Positions 1-11,239 of a stretch of 64,000 nt of DNA are shown here, piece after piece. Numbering within the stretch: position 1 is the first letter of the stretch; the number at the start of each line of letters is the position of its first letter. A program made the translations under genes and the position numbers. Source of the DNA: Mobula hypostoma (lineage: Eukaryota); the NCBI RefSeq assembly GCF_963921235.1, contig NC_086106.1:20584001-20648000 (forward strand). Reading direction: 5' to 3'. The notes below the pieces were generated by a model. The model was given only the letters and a program-made list of their open reading frames with translations, did no database searches and was not told the DNA's origin.

Positions 1-194
1 CCACTTTCCCACTGCCTTCCCAACTCCAAAATTTATCCCCCCTGTACACCGTCTGCACACCCACCAGGGAGTAAAATTAAAATCTTAAATCCATCAATTA
101 ATCCTCAGATCTCTCCTGTACCATAGAAGCATCCTGGGACAGACCTCACGCTGAAAATTACGTGATGGAACTGACATCCACCTATACCCTGGGG

Positions 195-561
195 ATATAG
201 GAGGCAGTATAATAGAGCTGAATATGGACCAGCATTGACAAGGATGTACAAGAAGATGTTGGCTGCAACATGAATGTAAGGAAGGCCAAACCCATGACTG
301 GGGACAAATGGAAAAAGTGCATAAAAGCCAGGACAAAGCGGCTACGATATAACTTCTTCCACTCAGTCACCAAACTGCTTAATTCATGCTGACGCAAAAG
401 TATTTCTATGTTATATTGACTATCCTGTTGTATATGATATTAACTATAAATTACTATAATTGCACATTGCACATTTCAACCGAGACGTAACATAAACATT
501 TACTCCTCATGTATATGAAAGATGTAAGTAGTAAAGTCAATTCATTTCAATTCAGTTCAAT
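195..561 (+). mobile_element. Rex1/Babar-like LINE 3' fragment inserted in J (unit A1)
   Basis: KARTKRLRYNFFHSVTKLLNSC* C-terminus, 3' UTR, (TTCAA)n tail abutting the last J codon. Confidence 0.8.
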
Positions 562-1413
562 TCAAGACACCGTTAGCGTGCTCCCTCCTAGTCGGCAAGA
601 TGTTCACTCTGCTCCGTCTCCCCATTCACCCAATACAGCAATTCACTGGTCGGCCGCATCAACTAATCTCAGAAAAGTGTCAACATTATCCCCGACCGGA
701 AGCAGCTACTTCCTGGAATTTTACCTGAAATTCCGAGCCTGGTTCTTCCTGGCCTGCGAATAAAAGAGGCACTTTCACAGTATTCCTATCTGCTGACACC
801 GGTTTCCTCTTTTCCGCAGAATTGGACCTGAAGCCCTTTGGGCTTATACTTACCCAGAACATTTGCCTTAACAGTCTGAATCAGCCTTCAGGGATTTGAT
901 TCTGGGAGGCAGTAATGAGAAATTCGTGGCGATAGACTGCGGTGCAGACTCACATTTGTCGGAACCAGTTTTTTTCCAGCTCCCCATCACCCTGGTGCAT
1001 ATCACGTTGCTTCACTGCAGGTCATAATAAGACTTGGTCATATCCAGCCCCAAATCTACAGGATCGCCGAGCCCGCCAGCAGATCTATTAAACCCACCCT
1101 CAGTGTACGGCGTCCCACACTGCAGGTCTGAATCTCAGCCACCCCAGTTCTGATGAGGAGATGATATAACCAACCAGACGTTTCTCTGGGCTTCAACTGA
1201 CAGGTCCTCCTCTGTAGTTCCGTTCGCCTTGAGACTCATTTCCAGTGGAACAGGTACCCATTCCCGGATTATGCACTCGTGATCTGATTTATATCTATGT
1301 ATGCCACGGTAAAGGCCGGCAGAAGCGAACGAAGAGCGTGATTAGGAGGCTTTTGTTATTACAGATATGGAGGACAAACACTTCTCACACTGAGGCACGC
1401 CAAGATATAGCCA
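562..1413 (-). pseudogene. Decayed D1-D2-J block of unit A1 (J 562-604 with RSS to 643; D2 with both RSS 967-1030; D1 remnant 1348-1413)
   Basis: J reads HLAD*-[5 nt]-STLTVS; D2 is nonamer-12-heptamer-8 nt-heptamer-12-nonamer; ~300-400 nt segment spacing as in shark IgH clusters. Confidence 0.75.
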
Positions 1414-1806
1414 TTGTGATAAACTCATGTACGATAACCTCTGGCCCTCTCACTGCCTCTCAGCACCGTCACTCGTCAGTCAAACCGCCCTAGAACACCA
1501 AAGTGTCTCTCATCATTAATATTTCTCATAGCCCGACCACTTACTGTCACGTGTAGACGAAGAATCGACACCTGACAATGTGGATCGGTCAGCCCGTTCC
1601 CACTCACGTGTGCCCGGCTTCGAGCTGCCGTCCGAAGTGATCTGAGTCCTTCGGCCCATCCATCCACTATGCTTTCTTGTGAATCCACTCTGAGAACCCG
1701 CCTTCCATTGCGTGGACGAGCGGATATAACCCAGAACGACCTGGGTACGGCTGTGGCGATCACTGCTGCCCTGTCCTTCATCCCCGAAGGGCAGGCGCTC
1801 TCGCTG

Positions 1807-1845
1807 GGTTTTTGTCCCGGTCCAGTCCCGGTCTCTCTCACTGTG
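1807..1845 (-). promoter_or_regulatory. V 3' recombination signal (23-RSS) of A1
   Basis: CACAGTG + 23 nt + ACAAAAACC, exact consensus. Confidence 0.95.
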
Positions 1846-2339
1846 TCTGTCGCACAGTACTGGGTGGCCGTCTCTTCCAGACTCAGGTTTTTCATTTGCA
1901 GTTAAACGGTGCTGCTGTCCTTGTAAACTTGGAATCTGCTTTCGACTTCAGGCGCATACTTCTTGTTACCTTTATCCCACACAACGGCCACCCATTCCAG
2001 CCCTTTCCCGGAGACGAGTTTCACTATGACAGACCGTGTCACAGCTACTGAGGCTGGACCCACTGACTGCACAGGTCAATTTGAGGGTCTGTCCGGGCTT
2101 TGCCACCTCTGACGCGGGCTGTGTCAGCATAACATCGGACTGCACTCCTGTCAATAAAAAAAAAAACGGAGGAGATATTGATAATGCGACCTACGAGCAT
2201 AGACTGACAAAGCCCTGGAGAACCAGACGGCCATGGGTAGGTGATAAATTGCAGGGCATACAGCTGCTAGGCAAAGCAGGAGAGGACAGAGATAAGGAAT
2301 GCCTCCTATGCTGCTGAGCACTGAATGCGACTTGGACAT
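1846..2339 (-). pseudogene. Ig VH pseudogene A1
   Basis: Leader donor GT>CT (2263-2262); V exon 1846-2147 is 302 nt with a +4 insertion destroying the FR2 Trp codon; in-frame TAA in FR3; YYC>QYC; RSS still perfect. Confidence 0.92.
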
Positions 2340-2599
2340 TTTTCAGATCTGGGTTCAGCTGAGTCCGGATTTATCGCGAGCTTCTGAGAACGCTGTTCAA
2401 ATAAAGACATGGTCTGCGAGTGAGACAAGTAGCAGCAGCTTGAACAGGCTCCCACCTAGGAAAACCAGAGGCAGATTTTCCTGTCCTCGCCCCCAGCAGG
2501 GATTTCAATTTTCTAAAAAGATATTTGTCTCTGCAGAGGGAACAGGTCAGCGGAAGTGAGCAGATCGGGATAGACAATCTGTTACACTGGTCATTTTTG

Positions 2600-2893
2600 G
2601 CGATAAACAACTTGTTTAAACTGAAAGTAGTTTACTTGGAAGTAAGTACCGAGAAGATGACAGCGGTACGTTTTATACGCAGACTGGTGAGTGCGTGGAT
2701 TCGGCTGCAGGCAGCGGCGGTGGAGGCGGAAACAATAGGGTCTTTCAAGAGAGTCCTGGATAGGTAAATCGAGCTTAGAAAACTAGAGGGCTATGGGTAA
2801 GCCTAAGTATTTCTAGGGTAAGGACATGTTCGGCACAGCGTTGTGGGCCGAGGGGCCTGTATTATGCTGTAGGTTTTCTATGTTTCTATGTTT
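2600..2893 (+). mobile_element. CR1-type 3' end upstream of each A leader; copies ~21855-22108, ~41430-41700, ~62455-62725
   Basis: VEAETIGSFKRVLDR C-terminus, GGCCGA.GGGCCTGTA hairpin region, (TTTCTATG)n tail. Confidence 0.75.
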
Positions 2894-2924
2894 CATGAAG
2901 GGCAGAGAATCCCGGCAAGAACGA

Positions 2925-3205
2925 TAAAGGACACCAGTCAGTGGACAGGGTTAACCCTGAAATACAGGGTCTCAGAAACACCAGCCAGTGGACAAATATC
3001 ACGCTGTGACACAGGACGTGTGAGACACCAGCTAGCGGACAGCGATTCCCATCCGAGGCAGGAATGGAGATACTCGTTAATGGACTGGTTCGCCCTAGAT
3101 ACAGCGACTGACAATCTAGTCAGTGGACAGATATCCCCCGAGAGTCAGAGACTATGAGACATCAGTTAGTGGACTGATATCTCTCTGAGTGACAGGCACT
3201 GAACA
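2925..3205. repeat. Degenerate minisatellite (GAGACACCAGTCAGTGGACAGATAT-like, ~40-45 bp); copies ~13255-13475, ~22130-22470, ~33625-33900, ~41735-42050, ~55225-55560, ~62760-63060
   Basis: Repeated CCAG(T/C)(T/C)AGTGGACA core upstream of every leader. Confidence 0.7.
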
Positions 3206-3488
3206 CACTTTTCAATGGGCAGCTGTTCTTCTTGGGGAGATGGTTCGAGAGACACCGGACAGTGCACAGGAATGTAACATACAAAAAAAAGAGTTGCTCT
3301 ACAGTTTTCTATCCGCACCCACAGCGCGAAAATCAATATGAAGCACAGATCCCTGCGTGGAAAAGGATGCAATATTTTCTGATAGCAAATTACTTTTATC
3401 AGAGACGTGACAACATGAATCTCAGCGCCAAATCCTGTGCATATCTCCCCTCACCATTATTAAAAAAAAACTCTGTGACCTGTTTGAA

Positions 3489-4431
3489 ATTGTTTGTAAA
3501 TTGGATTAGTAACCATGCAGATGATACTAAGATAGGTGGTGTTGTGGATGATGAGGTAGGTCTTCGAAACTTGCAGAGAGATTTAGGTCAGTTCGAATAT
3601 TGGGCTGAAAGATGACAGAGGAGTTTAATGCAGAACATTAAAGTGCTACATTTTGGTAGAACTAATCAAAATAGGACATACATGGTAAATGGTAGGACAT
3701 TAAAGAATGCTGTAGAACAGAGGGATCTGGGAATAATGGTACATAGTTTCCTGAAGATGTAATCTCATGTGAATAGGGTGGTGAAGAAAGTTTTTGGTTG
3801 CTTGCCTTTATTAATCAGTGCATTGAGTATAGGAGTTGGGATATAATGTTGAATTTGTATAAGGCATTGGCAAGGCCAAATCTGGAGTATTGCGTACAGT
3901 TCTGGTCACAGAATCATAGGAAAGATGGCAATAAATTTGAGAGAGTGTAGAGGAAGTTTACTAAAATGTTGCCTGGGTATCTCCTAAGTTGCAGAGAAAG
4001 ATTGAACAAGTTAGGTCTTTATTCTTTGGACCGTAGACGGTTGAGGGGATACTTGATAGAGGTGTTTAAAATTATGAGGGGAATTGATAGAGTTGACGTG
4101 GTTAGAATTTTTCCATGAGAGTGGTGATGATTCAAACAAGAGGACATGGGTTAAGAGTTAGAGGGAAAAAGTTTAGTTCTAACATGAGGGGGAACTTCTT
4201 TACTCAGAGAATGGTAGCTCTGTGGAATGAGCTTCCAGCAGAAGTGGTTGAGACAGGTTTTATGTTGTCATTTAAAGATAAATTGGATAGATATATGGAC
4301 AGGAAATGAAGGGGGGTTATGGGCTGAGTGCAGGTCGGTGGGTCTAGGATAGGGTAAGAGCTCGGCACGGATTAGAAAAGCCAAGATGGCCTGTTTCCGT
4401 GCTGTGATTGTTATATGGTTATATGGTTATG
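3489..4431 (+). mobile_element. CR1-like LINE 3' fragment; orthologous copy 42298-43225
   Basis: HADDTKIGG..RPNLEYCVQF.. C-terminal RT region, (TATGGT)n tail, TSD GTTTCAG; empty sites at ~22693 and ~63300. Confidence 0.85.
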
Positions 4432-4569
4432 GTTTCAGGCGGTGGGAGGAACAGAACCATCGATGCCGGGAGCTCAGGTGCAGAAACCATTAGCAGGAGA
4501 AGTAGTTGCGGCTTATAACAGTGCACTCCTCAGTAAGTTAGTAGGCAAGTACTGCTGAATCGGTCTTTA

Positions 4570-4876
4570 TGAAGGGAAACTCACGGGGGAGGGGATCCAA
4601 GGTACACATCATTAGTGTGGGTTGTTTTGTTTGCCCACTCTGGTGATAGCAGCACTGCGCGTCCGAAATCTTGCACCCTCACTCAAATATAAACCACAAT
4701 GATAGAATTACTAATCAAACCAAAGCTCACTCCAAACCAGATAATTTTCAACAATTAATCAGTTCCCATTTCTGCACAAATCAGTACAGTATTCAGAGAT
4801 ATTGAAGTACTTTCTGAAGTAGAGTCAGTGTTGTGACTGAAGGAAGGTGGGTTCCAAATTACATATATCAACATCT
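4570..4876 (-). pseudogene. Fossil Ig C1-set constant exon (B1 cluster); copies ~22850-23132, ~43330-43768, ~63480-63760
   Basis: TTTCAG acceptor, IYVIWNPPSF (A strand), TVLICAEMGTD*LLKIIW (C-x12-W), LSPEWANKTT; the 22.9-kb copy has PEWAEKTT-TAA-TGA-SVH where Y-x-C/Y-C-x-x-H is expected. Boundaries approximate. Confidence 0.6.
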
Positions 4877-5064
4877 CTGAAATATCAATGGCGTTTAAAG
4901 AGATTCGGCATTCTGTGATGCTTTTTGATGGATGAATGTTCGGACAGACAGTGGAGAACATTCCACCATTTACGTCCACCCGACACAACAGCCCTATCAT
5001 GGCAGTAATCAAAATTGTGAACGTCAAAACGACCACATCCTTGTCGTAGGTGTTGGAGGCTTAC

Positions 5065-5315
5065 CTGCTTCTGTGTCTCGGAGATCTATGTTGGCTGGCC
5101 CCAGAACATTGTGCTTGGTGCTTGGCAGGGTTACCGATGACAAGCAGCTCAGATGTTAGAGCCCATAAGGAGAGTGGTCCAGTGATCCCCCAGGATCGGA
5201 TGTTCTGCACAGGGTTACGAAACCTGACTACAGATAAAATTGTTCTGTTAATAGTAATACCAATTTATATCTCTGTGCGTCGGTATTACTGAATATCCAC
5301 CCAAGATTTACATGA
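5065..5315 (-). pseudogene. Fossil Ig C1-set constant exon (B1 cluster); copies at 23314-23564, 43957-44207 and partial at 63951-64000
   Basis: Pyrimidine-rich CAG acceptor and phase-1 GTAAG donor bound 251 nt in each full copy. The 23.5-kb copy reads in frame from the acceptor to RTIVCAVRDRNPLQNTGSW (C-x13-W), then ALTSELLV (E strand) and CQEPKH (F strand), with stops and deletions. Confidence 0.7.
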
Positions 5316-5529
5316 CTGACAGGAAAGAAAACTGAGAGGAAGCTGCAGTCATGATGAAGGAAATCCTGAACATGGTCATGATCAAGTCCAAAATTGTTTT
5401 CGAAAAGAACGAACTATGTCTGGCTAAGCTGTCATCATTCCACCTACGAGCTGCCGTGGGAGCAGAAATGTACGAACCGCAGCCTGGGCATAACAGAGGA
5501 GATGGCCAAAAACTGACACACTTCACCTC

Positions 5530-5870
5530 AATGGTAAACGTGTTTCAGCCATTTATCGTAGACTTCCGACTTGCAATTTTCGGCAGAAGTTCAATATATC
5601 ACGCCTGCACGGATTAAAATTTAATTACAATTTCTTGGCCCAATATTGGTCGATGACCTGCTGCGTCAATTTGACAGACGTCTTCGTTGTTCACAGGTCG
5701 GCAGTACGTCGGTTGTCAGAAAACCTAATTAGCCACCTTATATATTTCTCCAAATATTTACATATAGCAGAAACGGCTGAGACCCTTGCGCCGTTCTTGG
5801 CAGATTGGCAATAGCCATACTTCTCCTGCTTCTCTGCTCTCTGCCTTCCATAGGCAAGGCAATTTATCAT
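5530..5870 (-). pseudogene. Probable fossil C1-set exon; copies ~23770-24110, ~44410-44760
   Basis: EVWLLPICEE (A strand), FC-x13-TAG at the expected Trp, SVKLT..YWAKK..PC..ETL after a frameshift; no clean acceptor seen. Confidence 0.4.
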
Positions 5871-7254
5871 CCAACCGATCAAGTCTCTATGGGTCATGTG
5901 CCTTAATCTTCTGGGTCTGGTTACCACCTGGGATTTTGTCCGCTTCATTGTTGTACATGTAGATGGTATACACTACTCCGCCCAGACAGCACATGTTTGT
6001 CACTCTTCAGAAACGTATTATCTTTCATAAGACACGGTCTCTTCCGCACAAAGCAGTTCTGAACAATAGGGTACCATTCGTAATGACTCACATCAATAGT
6101 GGGATAAGATGAATCATTTTTTATATAATGCCAACAAACTCAATCGGAGCCAACTTGCTTCAGTAAGTGCAGTGAACTTTCGCCGATCCTGTGATTGTTT
6201 TTCCAGAGAATAAAACGGTTTGGGCGGCAGAGCCATGCATATCGTAGGATTGTTAACTTAGAGCTACAAAAACCAGCTTTCGTTCATGACGTCGGGTATA
6301 ATCTATGTGCACAGTTTTCAGTTCTCTTTCTGTCCTCCTGCGGTTACGCCGGGTTGTACGGTTTCCACCAAAACGCCAAAGATTTTTTTTTTTAGGCAGT
6401 CGTTTAATTAACAATGTGGGTGTTGGAAGTTATGATAATTTCCAGGGATTTGTGAAAAATGGAGGGAGATCGCAGAACATGGTGAATTTTGTTTCCCTAG
6501 GGATCCAAGGCTTTCTTATTTAACGTTTCGTAAATTAGCATCTTTCTTAAAATACCACCAATTATCAGCCTATAAGTGAAAGTTAAGTGTCTATAAAAGA
6601 GGCGCGCATGTTAAATGGTGATTATTTTTGTTCCTTAATTACAGGCCCGATTCAATATGCTCAACAGCTCAGCAAAGTCAAATAGGGTCAAAATACATGG
6701 AAATAACGGTTATGGTTTTGTGATCAAAGTGGGTAAAATTACAAAAGTTCGTGGAGGTGCGGATAGTATCCAGATGTCGCCATGCTAGAACCAATGTTGG
6801 CAAGCATTCGTAGGTTCACGAAATGATGACACGGGCAGCTGATATTTGAACGTGCTTATGTTTACAGAGGGTCATTCAGAAGTTAGAATTGGGCCATCGA
6901 CCATGAGGGTGCAGTCATATGGGAAGCTCGAAACATTAACTGCATTGGTGAGTGATTCTGAAGTTGCCAGGAGTGGACAATAGATTTCACCTGCTGCCTG
7001 AAGTGGAGGGCTTTAGATGGCAATTGGATCAGCTTCCACAACGCCTGCTGTAGTTCCAGGTACTTTCACTCTCCGCATTTTAACATTTCTCATGTATTAA
7101 CTTTGGTATTCTCTCTTTCATCTATGACACTGATTATCGTCCCTATCATTATCTCTGATATTATGTATTTCACCAGGTCAGCTTTCGTTCTGAAGATCAT
7201 GCAATCCCCGATTATCTAAACTCCCCCGACATATCATATAAGCCATTTCAGATA

Positions 7255-8460
7255 ACATAGAAACATAGACATAGAAAAATGGAAACCTTACAGCTCAATA
7301 CAGGCCCTTCGGCCCACAACGTTGTGCCATACATGTACACACTTTAGAAATTACCTAGGGTTACCCATAGCACTCTAATTTTCTAAGCTCCATGTACCTA
7401 TCCAGGAGTTTCTTGAAAGACCCTATCGTATCTGCCTCCCCAACCGTTCCCGGCAGCCCAATTCATGAACTCACCAATCTCTGAGTAAGAAACGTTCCCC
7501 TGGCATCTCCTCTGTACCTACTTCCAAGCATCTTAAAACTGTGCCCTACCTATTAGCCATTCCAGCCCTGGGAAAAAGTCTCTGACTATGCATACGATAA
7601 ATGCCTCTCATCATCCTATACACTGGAATCAGGTCACCTCCCATCCTACGCCGCTCCAAGGAGAAAAGACCGAGTTCACTCAACCTATTCCCATAAAGCA
7701 TTCTCCCCAGTCCTGGCGACATTGAAAATCAAGAGGAGAAGGTGTCCCTGAAAAGAAACCTAAGGCACACCACTTGTCACCGACCTGCAGGCGGAATATG
7801 ACCCGTCTACAAACACTGTTTGCCTACTGTGGTAAAGTAAATTCTGGATCCACTAAGAATTGTCCCCGGGGATCCGATGCATCCTTGCATTTTGATAAAG
7901 TCTTGCGTAGTGTACCTTATCAAATGTCTTGCTGAAATACATATACACTGCATCTACTGTCTACCCTCATCAATGTGTTTAGTCACATCCGGAAAAAAAA
8001 AATCAGGCTCGTAAAGTACGAAGTGCCTTTGATGAAGCCATACTGACTATTCTTAATCAGCTTATGCCTCTCCAAATGTTCATAAATTCTGCCTGTCAGG
8101 ATATTCTCCATCAGCCTTTCAACCACTGAAGTAAGACTCACTGTTCTATAATTTCCTGGGCTATCTCTACTTCCGTTCTTGAATAAGGGAACAATATCTG
8201 CAATCCTCAATCCTCTGGAACCTCTTCAGTCCAAATTGGTGATGAAAAGATTATTGCCAGAAGCTCAGCAATCCACTCCCTCGCCTCCCACAGTAGCCTG
8301 GGGTACATCTCCTCCAGTCCCTAACTTGATGTTTTCCAAAAGCTCCAGCATATCCTCTTTCTTAATATCTGTATGTGCAAGCATTTTAATCCGCTATAAG
8401 TCTTTTCGGTCAGGAGCTTTTTTCCGTAGTGAATACTGAAACAAAGTAATGATTAAGTAT
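7255..8460 (-). mobile_element. CR1-like LINE fragment; copy ~46140-47350; tail-only remnant ~29157-29240
   Basis: IVPLFKNGSRDSPGNYRTVSLTSVV RT motif and (TTTCTATG)n tail. Confidence 0.8.
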
Positions 8461-9869
8461 AACATACAAATGACCCACTTCTTTGCCATTTCCAAAACCT
8501 CACTTCCTTCCCAAAATGTCGAGATCTGCTCGCAATACAGTAAATGCTGCGCCAAGAGCGATCCATCACTCTTCTAGGTACGGTGGTGGGGGTTCAGCTC
8601 AAGGCCAACAGCCCTGACATGTGTAAAAAAAAAGAAAATGACCCCCATATAAAGGGACACCCTGGAGAAGCATTTGCTGAGTTGGGAATTTCCCTGTGAT
8701 GTTTTGGTGTTTTGGAAGTCAATGAAAAACAAGTTGGTTTCATCAAGATAAATTCGGTAAAATATTACCGGAAACAGCCCAGTTGCAACAAATCAGGCTT
8801 ACAGGCTTTGGTGAAAGGGCATTGATGTGAGCCAATAACTCTGTTTTTCAAACCAGATATGTTCCCTGAGCTGCTCAGAGTTGGCATTGCAGGAGGCAGA
8901 TTAACGCCAGTCGGGCAGAATTGCAGCCGAAGACATCATACATCCCGGGAACAATAGGAATAACTGCTCTTTTGTCTGGATCAGTGTTCCTCGTTTACAT
9001 TACAAAAACACCGAGAGCAGGGGGCTGGGCTGAAGGGAGGAGCAGGAGGTGCGTGTGTCAGCTTCGAAGAAACTTGCAACGGAATAACATTCGGGTATTT
9101 GTACAAAATAACCGAGGGTGAATCACCAAAGCGGATGAGATTCTGTCTGATTGTTGTCTGCATTGCATTAATTTGATAGAACTTAACAGATGGGCAATTT
9201 TAGTTACTCATCTTTTGAGCTGTGGGCTGTGCCGGGAAAGTTAGAATGAATTACACATATGGGTCGCCATTTAGAGAGAGTTTGGTAGCAATCACGTTGA
9301 TGGGTCAGGAGTCATAAGAGGCTCAGCGGCAAAGGATGAGAGATTTCTTTCCTGAAGTCTATCACTAATTCTGAAAGGAAATTATTACTAACGGCGAGAT
9401 TTGAAAATAAATTCCAATTGGGAATCTAACTGGATATACAAATCTGTTGCAGATTATTATGGCCTGAGTTTTAATTTGACAGGTTTGTTTTGGTTGTATC
9501 CATGAACTTTTCTTCCACCCCCCCCCCCCCCCGAGCTACTCACCTGATTTCATGTGCTGCTCTATTCTCCATGGAGTTGAATCTAACCTTCTGCCTGCCC
9601 ATTGGATTACTCTATATATAGTGCCCTGGACGATATTTCCGCTTCGATAACATCACAAGAATATGCTGTCTGATCGTTGTGACCTTAATGTTTATGGAAT
9701 CTGTTGTGTGCAGAATGGCTCCATTATCCCTTCAATGTAACAGGGCCGTATTTTGCAACTACGTCTTTGCTCGTGTACTGCTCGGGACACAATGAAAGTT
9801 GTTCTGTAAATTTCAGGACTATATCTCACAGCCTCCTTTACCGAATCACCAGTAAAACTGATTTATGTG

Positions 9870-10160
9870 TCATGTACTTGTTAAACCAACCCAGTCACGA
9901 TCGAAGACGGCAAGAAATTGAAGACGTTGCTCCGTCAGTGAACTGCGACTAAACAGTTCCTTTGAACAGCAAAATTCAAATTATGTCCTGTGAGTGTGTG
10001 ATGGGACACTTTAGGGGAAGTTTGCCCTCTAATCCTTAAGCATCTAGTGCTCTGCACAGGGTTACGAACCGTGACTGTTCAAAAAGTTGCTCTGTAAATA
10101 ACAATAAAAAAATGAAAATGTGTGTGTGACGGTATGCCTGAACCTGAAGTTTACACTCTA
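9870..10160 (-). pseudogene. Probable fossil first CH exon of B clusters; copies ~30300-30590, ~51790-52090
   Basis: Nucleotide homology to the 5.07-5.3 kb exon; ISRAIV-TGA-TVRVRSPVQNKTSL aligns with ISRTIVCAVRDRNPLQNTGSW. Lies ~700 nt downstream of the displaced J donor. Confidence 0.5.
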
Positions 10161-10879
10161 ATGTACCTGCCCTGGGACCGATCAGACGGTGCAGATGGAT
10201 CTTTCTGTGTAATCCGTAGCTGCCAGGACAGGACATGGGAGCTGTAATCTGCATTTAACTCATGCTCTGCGTACACTGGGATGCTCGTTGGAATCTCTTT
10301 GAGGAAGAATTCCCCAGATTAACAAACTAGATGCTGATTCCATTGAATGACAGAGTTGAGAGTGACGTCATTGATCAGATAATGTCTGGGCTTATTGTCC
10401 GGGTTTATTGGCTGAGCAAACGCAATAAACCCTTTGTCTCTCTGCTCTTCTCTGTATTCCTACGAATGGCGAATCTCCTCCTGTGCCACCTCTACACTCA
10501 CTATTGGACATCACGATCATTCAGGCAGTGTGTTCCAGATCAGAAACGTTTATCAAAAATGTTCCCCTAAATGGTCCCTCCGCACACCATCTATACTACT
10601 GCTAATCCACATCTGCCAATGTAAGAATGCCTGCAATTTATGGAGGCACTGTGCTTTCAATTCCCTGCCATGGTATTTCAACACCACTTACCCACAGCCT
10701 ACTCAACTCCAAAGTTCTGCCTCTCCGTACACCATCTCCTCACCCATCAGGGAATAAATCTATAAACTTAATGACATCAGTTAATCCTGAGATGTCGCCT
10801 ATACCTCAGCTGCATGATGGGCACTCATCACGCTGAAAATTGCATGATTGGTCTAACACCCACATCTTACCTGGTGTTA

Positions 10880-11239
10880 TGTAGTATAATGGAGCTGAGC
10901 ATGGACCAGCATGTAGAAGTAGGTGCAGGAACATGATGACTGTAACATGAACGTAAGGAAGGACAAGGCATTGACTGGGGTCGAATGCAGACAGAGCATG
11001 AAGCCAGGACCAACAAGCTCAGTGACAGCATCTTTCACCAAGCCATCAGACTGCTTAATTCATGCTGACGCAACTCTATTTTTATGTTATATTGTCTATC
11101 ATGTTGTACATAACATTTACTATAAATGACTATAATTGCACATTGCACATTTGAATGGAGACGTAACGTAAATGTTTTTACCCATCATGTATATGAAGGA
11201 TGTAAGTAATAAGCTCAATTCAGTTTAATCCAGTTGAAT
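10880..11239 (+). mobile_element. Rex1/Babar-like LINE 3' fragment inserted in J (B1); orthologous copies ~18805-19873, ~31308-31635, ~39010-39380, ~52807-53170, ~60140-60501
   Basis: Same C-terminal motif (HQAIRLLNSC*) and tail at the same J position in all seven units. Confidence 0.82.

Noticed and set aside
720-960. TCR-V-like FR3 (PDKWES..STNSAML..SLKADSDC) between D2 and J
   Set aside because: No YxC, no upstream Cys/Trp, and frames differ among copies; it is intersegment DNA.
1448-1500. Possible third D (CACTGCC-6 nt-CACCGTC/CACAGTC)
   Set aside because: No nonamer at 12 or 23 spacing on either side, and not conserved in the B copies.
2925-3205. Repeat-spacer pattern suggestive of a CRISPR array
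   Set aside because: Vertebrate context, degenerate repeats, non-unique spacers and no cas genes.
4755-5036. Hydrophobic ORF start (VVLTFTILITAMIGLL) as an Ig TM exon, or ISLNAIDISEML as a paramyxovirus F-like heptad
   Set aside because: It lacks the IgH TM motif, lies in an intron bounded by GTAAG and TTTCAG, and the downstream part is better explained as a C1-set exon.
9700-9780. DVVAKYGPV resembling papain-family proteases
   Set aside because: No catalytic Cys/His/Asn context; only a short chance-level match.
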